Below are positions 61,468-64,000 of a DNA stretch of 64,000 bases, one piece after another. Origin of the DNA: Centroscyllium fabricii (Eukaryota); NCBI GenBank assembly GCA_051313645.2, contig JBNRSN020000002.1, positions 205,964,001-206,028,000 of the forward strand, given 5' to 3'. The notes below the pieces were generated by a model that searched no databases, had not been told where the DNA came from, and was given only the letters and a program-made list of their open reading frames with translations. Within the stretch, counting starts at the first letter, position 1. Every line of letters begins with the position of its first letter. The position numbers and the translations under genes are program-made.

Positions 61468-62505
61468 TGAGTGAGCAGAGATTTGGCAGATGGAATATAA
61501 TACTGGAAATTGTGAAGTTATGCACTTTGGCAGGAAATATAATAGAGCGAGTTATTGTCTAAATGGAAATAAACTGGAAAGTACGTCAGTGCAAAGGGAT
61601 CTGGGGGTCCTGGTGCAGGAAACACAAAAAGTTAGTATGCAGGTGCAGCAGGTGGTCAGGAAGGCCAACGGAATGTTGGATTTTATTGCTAGGGGGATGG
61701 AGTATAAAAGCAGGGAGGTCTTGCTGCAGTTGTACAGGGTATTGGTGAGACCACACCTGGAGTACTGCGTGCAGCTCTGGTATCCATATTTAAGAAAGGA
61801 CATACTTGCTCTCGAGGCAGTGCAAAGAAGGTTCACTAGGTTAATTCCGGGGATGAGGGGGCTGACATATGATGAGTGGTTGAGTAGAATGGGCCCCTAC
61901 TCATTGGAGTTCAGAAGAATGAGAGGCGATCTTATTGAAACATATAAGATTGTGAGAGAGCTTGATCGGGTGGATGCGGTGAGGATGTTCCCAATGGTGG
62001 GTGAAACTAGGACTAGGGGGCATAATCTTAAAATAAGGGGCTGCCATTTCAAAACTGAGGTGAGGAGAAACTTCTTCACTCAAAGGGTGGTGGGGATGTG
62101 GTATTTGCTGCCCCAGAGAGCTGTGGAAGCTACTACATTGAATAAATTTAAAAGGGAGGTAGACAGTTTCCTGGAAGTAAAGGGAATTAGGAGTTATGGT
62201 GAGCGGGCAGGTAAGTAGACATGAGACTAGGTTCAGATCGGCCATGTGATCTCCTGGACCGGTTTTCGATCGCCTAGATGGGTCGGAGAGGAATTTCTCA
62301 GACTTTTACTCCCAAATTAGCCATTAGATTTTTTATCTGGTTTTTCGCCTCTCCCGGGTGATCACATGGGTTTGGGCGGGATGGAGAGTAAAAATAAAAG
62401 TAAAATTGAGGTAAGGATCAGATCAGCCATGATCTTGTTGAATGGCGGAGCAGGCTCGAGGAACTGATTGGCCTACTCTTGCTCCTATTTCTTATGTTCT
62501 TATGT
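61468..62505 (+). mobile_element. 5'-truncated CR1 LINE 3' end
   Basis: ORF 61490..62218 with LVRPHLEYC, RGDLIE, FFTQRVV; long 3' UTR and tail. Confidence 0.93.
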
Positions 62506-62643
62506 TAATTAACTATTTCCAGTCAGAAAGTCGCATAATGTCACGTTATCATGCCTGGTGCTTTTAATGCAGATAGCAAGCCTTGCTTCTGCTGCAGACT
62601 GCCAACCTTGTGCCCTTTCATGTCAGTGGGACCTGGTGGCGGA

Positions 62644-62910
62644 ATGAACATCGAGAGACCTAGGTCTGCTTCCAGGTTTGATGATGTGGCCCTGCAAGCT
62701 TCATTTGAGGGAGCAGGAGCTCATAAAGAGGTGCTCTTCCTATCTTCAGGGATGAAGAAGTCTGCCCAGCAGGCTGTGTGGATCCAGGTGGCAGAGGAGG
62801 GCAACTCATTATCAATACCCCGCAGAACCTGCATTCAGTGCAGGAAGAGATTTCATGACCTTCTGCACAGTCGAAAACTGAGGATGGAACTCCCATCATC
62901 CTCAATCTGA
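62644..62910 (+). pseudogene. Myb/SANT-like (trihelix) DNA-binding domain remnant, as in the Harbinger accessory ORF
   Basis: RFDDVAL...KEVLF...AVWIQVAEE.NS...RRTCIQCRKRFHDL matches the MSANTD/Harbinger Myb pattern. Confidence 0.65.
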
Positions 62911-64000
62911 TCCCCAATGCCTGTCCTCACCAGCACTCAGCTCAACAATCTCTTCCTCCACACCCCACTTGACACTCACATCCATGCACCCTTACGCATT
63001 CCCTCTCTCTCTATGCTCACATTCACATAACTATTCCACCATGCAGCCCTCACACTCCCTATCACTCTGACGCTTTGAACACAACTGACAACACATATGG
63101 CGTGCCATTGGTCTTGCCACCTCACTCCATCTTTGTCTCCTTCTGAGTCTCCAGACAGGGACAGCAGTGGAGAGTCCAAGTCGGAGGGCGCAGGACTCTG
63201 CCAGCTGGGCTCAGCTGCATGTCGACCCTCTGCTTCTGGATCCATCCATAAGATTGGTGGTGCTGGAACTCCAGGAACAGATGTAGCAGTGGGTGGGTGA
63301 GCAGCAGCCTGGCGCTCCTGCTGCTGCTTCTGTTGTTCCTGGTACTGCTGGTGCCGCGGCTGGTGTGGGAACTCATCTAATGCCCAGAAAGGCATTACCT
63401 AAATGGCTTCCATGCTTCTCGCATATGCCTCTGCTGAGGAAGCACTGAGTGAAGGTGCCGAGAGGGGTTTCCCAGGAGTTCACACTGGAGATGTGTGTGA
63501 GGCTTCAACCTACCACAAGTGTGATGAGGACTTCTAAATGTTGCCCCACACCAGAAAAAATAAGGTCCTGCCACATGCATATGATGGCAGGTTCAATGTC
63601 AGACCTTATGATGGAGCTGCTGCTGAGAATCAGTAATCCGATTGTGTTCCCGCTAGGTTTCAGCAGTGGGGATTGCAGCTGGCGGGTTATGGGTGAGAAA
63701 TGCTTGAAAACTGTTAAGAACTCTTAAAATGGCATTACAGATGCCAATGAACAGCCCTTAATGAGCCGAACGACCATCCATGCCTTCCGCCGGCGGGAAA
63801 TATTCAGGGCGGGGAGACAGGGCGGCGGAAAATGGCAAAGCAGCGGGGATCCAGTGTGAGGGGGTGGGTGCGGTGGGACCCCCGGTTTAGCAATTTTGCC
63901 GTCCGACCTGCCCAAACCCCGCCTCACGGCGACATGAAAATTTACCCCATAGAATCTGACTCCATGTCTATGGAAGACATTGCCAACGGACAGCATGTAG

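Larger units (their letters stand above)
60970..63948. mobile_element. Degraded PIF/Harbinger element with a Myb/SANT remnant, interrupted by a SINE and a CR1
   Basis: Ends GGACAAAATTT / AAATTTACCCC, possible TSD ATA, Myb/SANT-like ORF inside. Confidence 0.55.

Noticed and set aside
1-64000. Prokaryotic systems (CRISPR array, retron, DGR, operons)
   Set aside because: The content is vertebrate LINE, SINE and LTR repeats. The tandem repeats have no unique spacers and all RTs are Gypsy or LINE type.
1-64000. Uni-strand piRNA-cluster-like orientation bias
   Set aside because: LTR elements and LINEs occur on both strands in similar numbers.

Overview
This is eukaryotic, repeat-saturated DNA, very probably from a shark or ray: it carries an HE1-type V-SINE, a DeuSINE/SacSINE1-type SINE and shark-type CR1 tails. 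I found no host gene. The window is a deeply nested stack of mobile elements: five Ty3/Gypsy elements of one Mag-like lineage, two CsRn1/Kabuki-clade Gypsy elements, one non-autonomous LTR element, several solo LTRs, an ERV remnant, CR1 and L2 LINEs, a Penelope fragment, SINEs and PIF/Harbinger MITEs. The most striking result concerns the Mag-like lineage. (1) It has no tRNA primer-binding site; the 12-14 nt after the 5' LTR are instead the exact reverse complement of each element's own poly(A)-signal region, and the two arms change together across three divergent copies, which suggests self-priming or poly(A)-site occlusion. (2) Its RT catalytic motif is YLDN rather than YxDD. (3) A conserved hairpin pairs with the polypurine tract/LTR junction. 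All calls were made by eye; boundaries without a stated TSD are approximate.
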